Source of the DNA: Eledone cirrhosa
Lineage: Eukaryota
Direction: 5' to 3'
NCBI GenBank assembly: GCA_964016885.1
Contig: OZ024760.1
Location: 27,218,001-27,282,000, forward strand
DNA length: 64,000 nucleotides
The translations under genes were made by a program, and so were the position numbers. Numbering within the stretch: the first letter of the stretch is position 1; every line of letters starts with the position of its first letter. Below, piece after piece: positions 13,040 through 26,260 of this stretch. Below the pieces are notes generated by a model. The model did no database searches, had not been told where the DNA came from, and saw only the letters and a list, made by a program, of their open reading frames with translations.

Positions 13040-13429
13040 GCGCTTTTGCTGTCCCTCAACTGTGACACGTCGCACAGGCTTTGCTCTTCCTCTCCACCAC
13101 ATCATCCTCTGTGTTCCCAATCGTTGCTCCCAGGTACAGGAAGTCCTCAACCAACTCTAGCGGCTTCCTGCCTACATTCATAATCTTCTCTACCAGATAC
13201 TTCGTCTTACCCTCATTCATTCTCAGCCCCACACTCATCGACACAGTTTCTACCTCCCACATCAACTCCTCTGCCTCCTACACTGTGTTTGTCACCAGAC
13301 CTATTTCATCAGCAAATTCAGCATCTGGTATCTTTTTAGCCTTAACTCTCCTGCTCTGATCCAGTGTTATAGTGAAACCTGAATCCTGGTGTTCTTCCAT
13401 GGCAAGGCGCATACAATAGTCCACTGCGA

Positions 13430-13432
<3 letters not shown>
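13040..13432 (-). mobile_element. LINE (RTE-like) reverse transcriptase fragment
   Basis: - frame: ...DAEFADEIGLV...SVGLRMNEGKTKYLV...LELVEDFLYLGATIG, covering RT domains 5-7 with an in-frame stop. Confidence 0.8.
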
Positions 13433-13467
<35 letters not shown>

Positions 13468-13687
13468 TTAAGGATACTATTTATGGTTATGTATATACTA
13501 AAACCTTTTATAGTTATATATATTTTAAACCCTAAACAGTGAAAGACAGTAATTTATATATCATAATTTCTCCCGAATGAAACAGTTTTAGTCCTGTAGA
13601 AGCCATTTCTATATTAAATATTTATACTCTGCTATCTATTGAGTACCTTACTTACTGTGGTTACTCACGATTGAACTTGGGATAAAC

Positions 13688-13755
<68 letters not shown>

Positions 13756-13941
13756 TTATATTTAGGAGGTGAGTTTTATTGTAGCACAATAAAGCAATGC
13801 AAATATCGGATAAGTAGCACTCAACAGTTTATAGGACTGGAGTATATATAATATAAAATCAAAAGATGGTTAAAAGAGTTCCATGTATTTTATTATGCGC
13901 ATAATAAAGTACATGGAACTCTTTTAACCATCTTTTGATTT

Positions 13942-14004
<63 letters not shown>

Positions 14005-14350
14005 GTATTAATTTATAAGAGAACAAAGAATCAGTGTTGCAGCATATACATATTTAATTACATGTTACATATGTTTCACTGTCGATCTGCTCGAGGTACG
14101 ATCTATTAATAATCGAACCTGACTCTGGAATCAGAAGCTCCTCAGCTATGTTTGAACACGTAGACTCGCGTCTGAGAGTGGTTGAATATTATACCGATTC
14201 CTTCTTATATGATACCACCAATTCTATCATAGTCATATTTGAATGTATTCACTTGGTTTGTTTTCAGTCAGATCACAGCTGGGGACTTCCTATAATTTAG
14301 CGGCTATATGTATATATATATTTATATATATATTTATATATATTTAAATA

Positions 14351-14420
<70 letters not shown>

Positions 14421-14779
14421 ATATATTTAAATAAATATATATATATAAATATAAATATATATATAAATATACATAAATGTATAAATAAATATATATATAT
14501 AAATATAAATACATATATATACATAAATATATATATATAAATATATATATAAATATACATAAATGTATATATAAATATATATATAAATATAAATAAATAT
14601 ATATATATATATATATAAATATACAGATATAAATATAAATAAATATATATATATAAATATAAATAAATATATATAAATATAAATAAATATATATAAATAT
14701 ATATACATATAAATGAATATATATACATATATATATATATCATTTTCTAGAAATTTCCAACAAAATGATTTGTGGTATT

Positions 14780-15150
14780 TAGTTACGTCCCTTTACGTTC
14801 TGAATTCCAATCTCGCCAAAATCAACTTTGCCTTTCAGCCCTTCCAGGGGCGATGAAATAAAGTACCAGTTAACTACTGGGCTCAATATAATCGATACCC
14901 TCCCACACAGGAAATTGTTGGCCTTCTGACTAAATTAGAAACCATTATTTTGTGCTATTTGTGGATTGGCAGTATCGGTAGAGGGTCGGACGCCATGCTT
15001 TGACGCATAGAGTTACGGCCCTTGCCATTCTGAGTTCAAATCCCGCCGAGGTTAACTTTGCCTTTCATCCTTACGGGGTTGATAAAATAAAGTACCAGTC
15101 ACGCACTGGGGTAATTGCTGGCCTTGTGCCAAATGTAGAAACAATTATTT
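14780..15150 (+). mobile_element. Two SINE family 1 copies
   Basis: Same B-box and gcctttcatccttacggggt core as 1386-2330. Confidence 0.8.
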
Positions 15151-15181
15151 TGTGCTATATAAAAAGAAGGGTAATATATAT

Positions 15182-15262
<81 letters not shown>

Positions 15263-15324
15263 CACACACATATATATATATACACACGTATATATAACAC
15301 ACACACACACTTATATATATATAT

Positions 15325-15355
<31 letters not shown>

Positions 15356-15685
15356 CACACACATATATATATACACACGTATATATAACAAACACACACA
15401 CATATATATATATATGCAAACACACACACATATATATATATGCAAACACACACACATATATATATACACACACACACATCATCATCATCATCATCATATT
15501 ACGTCCGCTTTTCCCTGCTGGCAAGGGTGGGACGGGTCTTATTCAGCACAGCATCTCTCCACTCGTCACGGTCCCTCGTCATCTCCACCGTGAGCTTCAA
15601 TGATCTGAGGTCTGTTCTCACCACCTCCGCCCATGTTTTTCGTGGTCTACCTCTACCACGTCTTCCTTCAACTGGCATTTCCTAT

Positions 15686-15716
<31 letters not shown>

Positions 15717-16361
15717 CACACGTATATATATATACATACACACGTATATATATATACATACACACATATATATATACATACACACATATATATACACACA
15801 CACATATATATATATATATACACACGTATATATATATACACACGTATATATATATACACACACACACACATATATATATATATGCAAACACACGTATATA
15901 CAAACACACAGACATATATATATATACATATGCAAACACACATATATACACACACACACACATATATATATACATACACACATATATATATACACACACA
16001 CACACATATATATATACATACACACATATATATATACACACACACATATATATATATATATACACACACGTACACACACACACACAAATACACACACACA
16101 CACATACTTATGCAAACACACACATATATATATATATATATACATACACACATATGCACTCACATGTATACACACACACACAGATATATATATACACACA
16201 CACAGACATACACACATATATATACAGACACACACACATATATATACGCACACACATGAAACAGTTCTAGTCCTGGATACATTTCTATAATAAAACAAAG
16301 ATGTCAGCACTCTACTAACATATTGAGTACAACAGTGGTCACCTTCCGATATATATATATA

Positions 16362-16970
16362 TGATGGCTGCCAACTCGTTTTCGAGTACGGCCACTACTT
16401 TATATCCATGTAGGAGAACCCCTACCAATGCACTGAACGAGTGTGACTTTTTAGTCCAGCCAGCGACTTGAAAACTCTGGTACAAACACTACACTTGTGA
16501 CAATTATTGACACATAGTGCTGGGCCCTTGGTACCATGTGACGACAAGTGCAGAGAGATCTCCAGATATAAAGCAATGCCTGTGCCGTGAAGCTTTTATA
16601 GTGAGCAAAGTCACTGCACAAAGCCAGTCCCACTCTCTTAACCAAGATGATATTTACCAAAAAGAAGAACAAGTCAACATCATTGGATACCATGAGAGTT
16701 GCAGGTGTTATATCAGAGTTTTCCTTCTCCTAGAATTCTGCCTTGACAAAGGCTAAGGGGTCATCTCTCCCGGTGATTTTGGATGGCCATTGACTCTTAA
16801 GAGCTTCATTGCCCTTTGACAGGTTTTGTTTTTTGTCCTGCAGGATGTCCAAAGTCGCCCTCCTCACCAAGAAACCTTGGTGGGGTTGCCACTTTAGTCG
16901 CCAACGACCCCGACCATGAGACAGGTTGTACTGGGATACATGTTACCAGTAGCACCAACTGGTGACTTGA
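16362..16970 (-). mobile_element. ~600-bp interspersed repeat in (TA)n, possibly a LINE 5' region
   Basis: Near-identical copy in the opposite orientation at 36771-37325 and a partial diverged copy at 48405-48595. Confidence 0.7.
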
Positions 16971-16994
16971 CATATATATATATATATATATATA

Positions 16995-17430
16995 TATGCA
17001 AAGGTTCTATTTAAATTGTTGGGATACAACAAGCAAATATTTTTATAACTGATATAAAGCACTCAACAAGTATTTGGAGTAAACATACGATATTAACAAA
17101 TGGAAACTATATTTATAAAACCATATTTATTTTATTATACATATTTCAAGGACACCACGTTAAATTATGGTATGCTTTCATCAGACAAAATACAATATAG
17201 ATCAGTTTTATAAATAAATATTGACATACCCTTAAAAAATGACTATCCGGGAGCTTCCAACAGTAATGGTTGCATTTTTTAAGGGTATGTCAATATTTAT
17301 TTATAAAACTGATCTATATTGTATTTTGTCTGATGAAAGCACACCATAATTTAACGTGGTGTCCTTGAAATATGTATAATAAAATAATATGGTTTTATAA
17401 ATATAGTTTCCATTTGTTAATATCGTATAT
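16995..17430. mobile_element. Family B fold-back element with paired hammerheads
   Basis: Inverted arms ~17085-17240 and ~17273-17428. The + motif at 17322-17386 reads UAUUUUGU-CUGAUGA-AAGCACACCAU[8 nt]GUGGUGUCCUU-GAAAUAUGUAUA^AUAAAAUA; the - copy is at ~17127-17192. Confidence 0.75.
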
Positions 17431-17553
17431 ATATATATATATATATAAACATATATTTATCTGGCGTAAAAAAAAAAAAGCGAAACTATGTTTATAAAAA
17501 AAGAGTAAATAATTAATCAGAAACACATTCACACAGACACGTATATGTGTGAA

Positions 17554-17584
<31 letters not shown>

Positions 17585-17697
17585 TGCACGATAGAATTAA
17601 TTAATAATTATTAATAATGGTATATCATGCAATGGCCATACTCGATAACGAGAGGGCAGCCATCATCATCATCATATATATATATATATATATATAT

Positions 17698-18375
17698 ATG
17701 ATAATGATAATGAAATTATTGTGTAAAGTGCTCAGGTGCACTACAACTCGTCAATATAGTACATAGAATAATACACAAATGTCAGGGAAGTACATGTGTG
17801 TATGTGTTAGCTGTAGTGTTGGCGGATCTCGGGAAGCATGGAGGCCTTAAAGGATGCAGTGTCTCGACAGCTAACAACTGATGCAGGTAGTTTGTTCCAT
17901 GCTTCAGCAACTCTGAGCGTGAAAAAATGTTTCCGAAAGTCATGGGAGCTGTGCTGTTTTCTTACTTTGTGGGCATGTCCACGTGTGTTAGACACATGGA
18001 AATCAAAAAGGTACTCAGGGTTGTTGTTGGCAACGTGGTTAACAATTTTGTGGGTGTTTACCAAGTCAGTTGCCAGGCGTCGGAGCTTCAATGAATCCAT
18101 GCCCAGGGAAGCAAGGCGCTCAGAGTATGGTAGATGCCTGATGGAGGGTATTCGCTTGGTTGCACGTCTCTGAACAGTTTCCAGGCGGTCAATGTCCTGA
18201 GCAAGATAGGGGTTCCAGACTGGTGATGCAAATTCTAAGTGTGGTTGCACCATAGCTGTATACAGCTTTAAATAGATATCTGGAGAGCGGCTGACAAAGG
18301 TCTTGCTGAGTGATGCTAAGACACCCTCGGCCCTCTTGACAATTTTAGAGACGTGCCTCGTCCAACGCAAATCGG
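17698..18375 (-). mobile_element. CR1-clade LINE 3' fragment
   Basis: ORF 17807-18370: HLEFASPVWNPY...LETVQRRATKRI...LRRLATDL...NTRGH..K...RKHFFTLRV..WNKLP, a typical CR1-group RT C-terminus. (TTATCA)-type tail at ~17700. Confidence 0.88.
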
Positions 18376-18619
18376 TTACATAACAGTTAGTTCACTATAC
18401 CGACAACAATTGTTTCACCTTAGCGGATCCTCAGCTCGTAATGGACATGGTTATATGGAACAGGAAGGACAACCGTACTAACTGTTGTGTAACCACGTCT
18501 ACCTAACTCGTCCCATGGACTGAGTGTTCTACCACTACGGATATTACCTTCCAGTGTTCTACCACTATATATATATATGTTTGAATGTGTATTTGCACAT
18601 GTATATATATGTGTGGGAA

Positions 18620-18663
<44 letters not shown>

Positions 18664-18899
18664 CAGACACAGACACACATATATATGTGTGAGAATGTGT
18701 GTGTGTGTATATATATATATATATGTTTGAATGTGTATTTGCGCATGTATATATATGTGTGAGAATGTGTGTGTGTGTATATATATATATATATGTTTGA
18801 ATGTGTATTTGCGCATGTATATATATGTGTGAGAATGTGTGTGTATATATATATATGTATGTTTGAATGTGTATTTGCACATGTATATATATGTGAGAA

Positions 18900-18930
<31 letters not shown>

Positions 18931-19239
18931 CATCATCATCATCATCATCGTTTAACGTCCATCTTCCACGCTAGCATGGGTTAGACGGGAGTTGTCCCAC
19001 TTGAGGCAAGGCTGGTCGGGTGACCTTGTCTCGCTCATATAGGACTATCTGGCAGGTTTTCTATGGCTGGATGCCCTTCCTAACACCAACCACATTTACA
19101 GTGTGGAACTGGGAACTTTTTACCGTGTTACCTACACGGCCACATTACAGCGTGGACTGTGTTTTTTTTTGTTTTTTTTAATATATATATATATATATGT
19201 CTGAATGTGTATTTGCACATGTATATATATGTGTGAGAA

Positions 19240-19271
<32 letters not shown>

Positions 19272-19289
19272 CACACTATCCAGCGAATT

Positions 19290-19670
19290 TCAACCGTTGA
19301 GTATGTCAATATTTATTTATAAAACAAATCTGTATTGTATCTGATGAAAGCACACCATAATTTACCTTGGTCGCCCTTGAAATATATATAATAAAATAAT
19401 TATGGTTTTATAAATATAGTTTCCATTTATTAATATATTGTATATTTACTCCACTAACCCGTTGAGTGCTTTATATCAGTTATAAAAATGTTTAAGCTTG
19501 TTGAATCCCAACAAATTAAATATAACCTCTGCATATATATAATATAATTAAATATAACCTCCCTATATATATATATATATAGAGAGAGAGAGGTTATATT
19601 TAATTATATATTTAATATATATATATATATGCAGAGGTTATATTTAATTTGTTGGGATTCAACAAGCTTA
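19290..19670 (+). mobile_element. Family B element with hammerhead and terminal nested hairpin
   Basis: CTGATGA at 19341, GAAA at 19379, then AUAUAUAUA^AUAAAAUA. The tail is inverted-duplicated at 19494-19670. Confidence 0.65.
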
Positions 19671-19689
19671 TATATATATATATATATAT

Positions 19690-20120
19690 ATAAAATATTA
19701 AAAAAATAATGAATAAAACAATGAAACTGTTCCTTATATTAAACAAAAAAAGTTCATTATTTAACGATCGTTTCTAGGACATATATGTGTTAGAATTGGC
19801 ATGCATATTCAACAGATCTATGTACAAAATTATACAAAATTATACAAACTATCAAATTTAATATACATACCCAACACATATATATGCCGTCTTCAGAAAT
19901 AATTCAGATTATTTCTGAAGACGGCATATATATGTGTTGGTATGTATATTAAATTTGATAGTTTGTATAATTTTGTATAATTTTGTACATAGATCTGTTG
20001 AATATGCATGCCAATTCTAACACATATATGTCCTAGAAACGATCGTTAAATAATGAACTTTTTTTGTTTAATATAAGGAACAGTTTCATTGTTTTATTCA
20101 TTATTTTTTTAATATTTTAT
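19690..20120. mobile_element. ~215-bp-arm palindrome with paired hammerheads having an extended stem II (family C)
   Basis: Arms ~19690-19903 and 19908-20120. The + motif reads AUUAUUU-CUGAAGA(19915)-long stem II (GGCAUAUAUAUGUGUUGG...CUAACACAUAUAUGUCC)-GAAACGAUCGUU^AAAUAAU(20054). Stem III is the palindrome ACGAUCGU. Confidence 0.72.
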
Positions 20121-20251
20121 CTTGACTCTGTATTCCGTTTATCTTTCACCGAAAGTGATTTTTGAATGCATCTCTTCTTTCCATGATATCCGGATTGCAT
20201 TGAGTTCTTCATACGGATTGGACACTACCGTAAACTCTTGGTAGATTTATC

Positions 20252-20296
<45 letters not shown>

Positions 20297-20495
20297 CCTC
20301 TTTGTTGTTATCTTGTTTCACTCGCTTTACGCGTTTTAATTGTCCTAATAACTTAATTTAGTTATTATTGCACCGACGTGAGGTATATGATTTTTAATGC
20401 AATGAAATATCTATGATCGTCGGCAAATCACTGATGAGGGACTTATTTTATTACATGTTATCCATGTGCAACCAGCAGTATTCTTCTCCCCATTT

Positions 20496-20557
<62 letters not shown>

Positions 20558-20561
<4 letters not shown>

Positions 20562-20900
20562 GCACATGGCTTAGTGGTTAGAGCATTGGCCTTGCAATCG
20601 AAAGTTCAATTCTCAGACCGGGTGATGTGTTGTTTCCTTGAGCAAGATACTTTATTTCACATTGCTCCAGTTTACTCCAGTTTACTCAGCTTTGCAGTGG
20701 AATGATAGGGAACCCAGTCCCTATCATTCCACTGCAAAGTGGACGTGGAGGTGCCACGGCAAAAAAGCACCCAGCACTCACTGTAAATGAGGTTGGTGTT
20801 AGGAAGGGTATCCAGCTGTAGAAATCAAGCCACAATCAGTTCCCGTCCCACCCTTGCTAGCAGGTAAAAAGCGGACGTAAAATGAAATGATGATGATGAT
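20558..20900 (+). mobile_element. SINE family 2 copy with an internal inversion hairpin
   Basis: Same head, core and tail as 8053-8379. Hairpin ctttgcagtggaatgataggga...tccctatcattccactgcaaag at 20690-20739. Confidence 0.8.
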
Positions 20901-21018
20901 ATATATGACTGAATGTGTATTTGCACATGTATGTATATATGTGTGTATATATATATATGTCTGAATGTGTATTTGCACATGTATATATATATATGTGTGT
21001 GAGAATGTGTGTGTATAT

Positions 21019-21055
<37 letters not shown>

Positions 21056-21123
21056 CATAAATATATGACTGAATGTGTATTTGCACATGTATATATATAT
21101 ATATATGGGTGAGAATGTGTATT

Positions 21124-21161
<38 letters not shown>

Positions 21162-21313
21162 TGTGTGGATGTATATTTACATATTGTATATAGGCCACAC
21201 CTAAAGGAGACAAGCAAAAAACTGCCTATAGTTTTTTTCTGTCAAAGCACGTTCACTTCCCTGTGAACTCACATACACATACATACATATATACACATAT
21301 ACATACATATACA

Positions 21314-21365
<52 letters not shown>

Positions 21366-21667
21366 GACATATATACATACACTTATTTGGTTTTATTTTT
21401 AACCATCTGAAGAACACCACTATATATATATATATATAGGAACGAGTAGGACCCCTACTCATTCCTATATACAGTACCCACTCTACTACCCTAAGTATTG
21501 AGTACTTTGGTGCGTTATAGTCCACCTGGTTCCTTACCACATTTCCTTTGTTATATATATATATCATCATCATCATCATCATCGTTTAACGTCCATGTTC
21601 CACGCTTGCATGAGTTTGGACGGGGGTTTTCCCACTTGAGGCAAGAGTGGTTGTCTTGCTCGCATAG

Positions 21668-21725
<58 letters not shown>

Positions 21726-21865
21726 CCAAAAGTTAAACAAGGTTCATTGATTAATCAATTAATATAGTTTAACAATAGATTAGAAGCACTCAACAAAGAA
21801 GTTTTCTGAAGTTATTAATATTAATTCAAAATATTAATAAATATAGACATTCATGTGATCAAATA

Positions 21866-21931
21866 TATTTTATTATATATATTTCAGAGGTACTGAGCTA
21901 TTTCATCAGTACGTCCTCATCAGATAAAATA
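21866..21931 (-). ncRNA. Hammerhead ribozyme motif, family B variant
   Basis: On the - strand: UAUUUUAU-CUGAUGA-GGACGUACUGA...UCAGUACCUCU-GAAAUAUAUAUA^AUAAAAUA. The element 21723-21960 starts at a (TA)n tract. Confidence 0.7.
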
Positions 21932-22104
21932 AATTGATGTCTGACATACCTCAACTGTGCTGATGGTTCAATCCCAGTCTTGGCAGTGATTAGTTAAGAC
22001 AAAACTCAATATTTATATACCATAAGTTGTAACATGACAAACTACATATAATTGAGAGGGTGAGTAGGAAAATGTATAGAAAAAAATAAAATAAATACAT
22101 ATAA

Positions 22105-22446
22105 TGGAGGCACATGGCTTAGTGGTTAGAGCATTGGCCTTGCAATCGAAAGGTTGTGAGTTCAATTCTCAGACCGTGTGATGTGTTGTTTCCTTGAGCA
22201 AGACACTTTATTTCACATTGCTCCAGTTTACTCAGCTGTAGAAATGAGATGATAGGGACTGGAGTCCATATCATTCCACTGCAAAGTGGTTGTGGAGGTG
22301 CCACGGCAAAAAAGCACCCAGCACTCACTGTAAATGAGGTTGGTGTTAGGAAGGACATCCAGCTGTAGAAATCAAGCCAGAATCAGTTCCCGTCACACCC
22401 TTGCAAGCAGGGAAAAAGCGGACGTAAAATGAAATGAAATGATGAT
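22105..22446 (+). mobile_element. SINE family 2, full length
   Basis: tRNA-like head, CORE-like centre and RTE-type tail ending (gaaat)(gat)n. Other copies on - at 32725-33060, 37958-38306, 42805-43141 and 47912-48260. Confidence 0.88.
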
Positions 22447-22763
22447 ATAGATAAATAAAATACATAAACACATCAGTACATAACTGTTAAATATTTAAAT
22501 AATTAAATATGTAAATATCCGTATTAGAGGAAAAAAACAAAAAACAAATGAGAGAGAGAGAGCTAAATAGAGGAGAAAAGGAAAAGATAGAGAGATGAAG
22601 ATAAAAACGAAGAAAGGGAGATATAGATAGTATAATATAACTACATAAGGAGAATAGAGGTATATGATGCATGACCATTTTTTTTCAAATATTAAGTTAG
22701 GTAGAAACGATCAATTAAATACCGTGAAATTTTTACTCTATAATATTTGAAAGAATATATATA

Positions 22764-22811
<48 letters not shown>

Positions 22812-23899
22812 GGAAAATTTGAACAGGAACAAAACAGAGAGGCAGTACAACGAATGTTTATTAATTTCACGCTCTGGAGAGTGGGGTGGTGGTGGAGAAC
22901 GACGTTTCGGGCATAAGCCCTTCCTCGGGTGAGAAGTGTGTGGGAAGAGAGTTCAAAGGGTGTGTAGGGGAGTGGTGGAGAGACATATAGCGAAAAGGGG
23001 GTGGGAGGAAACGGTGCGAATGAAATTAAAAATAAAAATAAAAATAAAGCATGATCAAAATAAAATGAAATTAAAAAGGGGTAAAACAGGTGGTGGAAGG
23101 GTGTGGGGTGTGTAGGCGTGGTGGCGGGTGGAGTGGGGAGAGGGAGACGGGGTGTCCGAGCGGGGAGGGCTGAAGGTGGTGTGTGTGTGTAGGTGTACGT
23201 GTGTGTGTGTGTGTGTGTATGTGAAAGCAAGGGTTGGGGGAAGAACGGGGTTGCATGTTCAGGAAGAGGTGTGTGTGGGGTTTAAGCGTGTTGTGGGTGT
23301 AGGTGGCGTGTGGGAGAAAAAATATTTTTTTGGGTGTGTGTGTGGGTGAGTTATATATATATATATATATATATTAGAATTGGTGCTCTGAAATAGCGAT
23401 GTATATATGAATGTATATATAGTATATTTGATAATATACCACATGTTTAATTAAAAACATTTTGAAGACCATTCGCTATGAATTTTAAAGTAGTGACCAT
23501 GTCACTTACTTATTCTCGGCATAAACAAAGGGGAGTAATTGACAGGCTGTTTCTCACTCGTTAGCGGTTATCAAGACTACTTTGCCCTTCGATTCTGCCA
23601 CAGGCCCCAACTGGTCACCCTGCGCTCGCAGGTTGTGTGTTTGGATGCCGCTTGGCCAAATAGTTAAACAGTTGACTTTGCACTCATTAGGTCCCAGGTT
23701 CAATCACATTGCATTCTATCTTTACCTTGTAAGTGAAATTGTGGGGATATGGGGAACTGTTTGGAAACCCATCATGAATTCAAGGGGTCAACCATGTCTC
23801 ACACTCACATACTGTATCATGCTGAATCTTAGTGGGAATTACCTAAGTGGCTGTGTATCTCACAAACACATGTACCCCTACCTAATATAATCCTCAGAT

Positions 23900-26260
23900 C
23901 AGTCAAGCTCATGGAAGTTATCCAATCTTGCTCAAGGTCTACCCCTGGGTCTCCTGCCGGTTGCTTTTGCCCATAAAATCTGTCCAGTTATTCTTTCCCG
24001 AGATATTCTAACCACATGCCCATAGTATCAGAGCTGTGATCTCTCAATTCAGAGAAATAGCAGCTCTACCTGGAGTGACTCTCTGATCTTTGAGCTACAA
24101 ATCTGTCCAGTGATTCTTTCCTGAGATATTCTAACCACACGCCCATAGTATCAGATTTGTGGTCTCTCAATTCAGAGAAATAGCAGCTCTACCTGGAGTG
24201 ACTCTCTGATCTTTGAACTACAAATCTGTCCAGTGATTCTTTCCTGAGATATTCTAACCACATGCCCATAGTATCAGAGCTGTGATCTCTCAATTCAGAG
24301 AAATAGCAGCTCTACCTGGAGTGACTCTCTGATCTTTTAGCTACAAATCTGTCCAGTGATTCTTTCCTGAGACATTCTAACCAAATGCCCATAGTATCAG
24401 AGCTGTGATCTCTCAATTCAGAGAAATAGCAGCTCTACCTGGAGTGACTCTCTGATCTTTTAGCTACAAATCTGTCCAGTGATTCTTTCCTGAGACATTC
24501 TAACCAAATGCCCATAGTATCAGAGCTGTGATCTCTCAATTCAGAGAAATAGCAGCTCTACCTGGAGTGACTCTCTGATCTTTGAGCTACAAATCTGTCC
24601 AGTGATTCTTTCCTGAGATATTCTAACCACATGCCCATAGTATCAGAGCTGTGGTCTCTCAATTCAGAGAAATAGCAGCTCTACCTGGAGTGACTCTCTG
24701 ATCTTTGAGCTACAAATCTGTCCAGTGATTCTTTCCTGAGATATTCTAACCACATGCCCATAGTATCAGAGCTGTGATCTCTCAATTCAGAGAAATAGCA
24801 GCTCTACCTGGAGTGACTCTCTGATCTTTGAGCTACAAATCTGTCCAGTGATTCTTTCCTGAGATATTCTAACCACATGCCCATAGTATCAGAGCTGTGG
24901 TCTCTCAATTCAGAGAAAAAGCAGCTCTACCTGGAGTGACTCTCTGATCTTTGAGCTACAAATCTGTCCAGTGATTCTTTCCTGAGATATTCTAACCACA
25001 TGCCCATAGTATCAGAGCTGTGATCTCTCAATTCAGAGAAATAGCAGCTCTACCTGGAGTGACTCTCTGATCTTTTAGCTACAAATCTGTCCAGTGATTC
25101 TTTCCTGAGACATTCTAACCAAATGCCCATAGTATCAGAGCTGTGATCTCTCAATTCAGAGAAATAGCAGCTCTACCTGGAGTGACTCTCTGATCTTTTA
25201 GCTACAAATCTGTCCAGTGATTCTTTCCTGAGACATTCTAACCAAATGCCCATAGTATCAGAGCTGTGATCTCTCAATTCAGAGAAATAGCAGCTCTACC
25301 TGGAGTGACTCTCTGATCTTTGAGCTACAAATCTGTCCAGTGATTCTTTCCTGAGATATTCTAACCACATGCCCATAGTATCAGAGCTGTGGTCTCTCAA
25401 TTCAGAGAAAAAGCAGCTCTACCTGGAGTGACTCTCTGATCTTTGAGCTACAAATCTGTCCAGTGATTCTTTCCTGAGATATTCTAACCACATGCCCATA
25501 GTATCAGAGCTGTGATCTCTCAATTCAGAGAAATAGCAGCTCTACCTGGAGTGACTCTCTGATCTTTGAGCTACAAATCTGTCCAGTGATTCTTTCCTGA
25601 GACATTCTAACCAAATGCCCATAGTATCAGAGCTGTGATCTCTCAATTCAGAGAAATAGCAGCTCTACCTGGAGTGACTCTCTGATCTTTGAGCTACAAA
25701 TCTGTCCAGTGATTCTTTCCTGAGATATTCTAACCACATGCCCATAGTATCAGAGCTGTGGTCTCTCAATTCAGAGAAAAAGCAGCTCTACCTGGAGTGA
25801 CTCTCTGATCTTTGAGCTACAAATCTGTCCAGTGATTCTTTCCTGAGATATTCTAACCACATGCCCATAGTATCAGAGCTGTGATCTCTCAATTCAGAGA
25901 AATAGCAGCTCTACCTGGAGTGACTCTCTGATCTTTTAGCTACAAATCTGTCCAGTGATTCTTTCCTGAGACATTCTAACCAAATGCCCATAGTATCAGA
26001 GCTGTGATCTCTCAATTCAGAGAAATAGCAGCTCTACCTGGAGTGACTCTCTGATCTTTTAGCTACAAATCTGTCCAGTGATTCTTTCCTGAGACATTCT
26101 AACCACATGTCCATAGTATCAGAGCTGTGATCTCTCAATTCAGAGAAGTAGCAGCTCTACCTGGAGTGACACTCTAATCTCCAAGCTACACACACTATCG
26201 AGTAATGTTACTCCAAAGACCCTTTGGAGAAACCTTATTTTGGTCGCTCGTGCAACCAAT
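23900..26260 (-). repeat. 123-bp satellite (~17-18 units) amplified inside an RTE-like LINE fragment
   Basis: Exact 123-bp period (cagctctacc at 24061, 24184, 24307...26152). On - the unit reads like IRESLQVELL..IERSQL*YYGHVVRISQERITGQI. Flanks give RFLQRVFGVTLLDSV (upstream) and ATGRRPRGRP (downstream), typical of RTE ORF C-termini. Confidence 0.88.

Noticed and set aside
20425-20485. CTGATGAGGGA...GCAACCAGCAGTA hammerhead-like stretch
   Set aside because: GAAA is replaced by GCAA and there is no stem I; at most a decayed relic.
22105-22180. tRNA-like sequences at SINE heads
   Set aside because: A/B-box-like motifs are present but continue into SINE bodies in many copies; no complete cloverleaf tRNA gene is supported.
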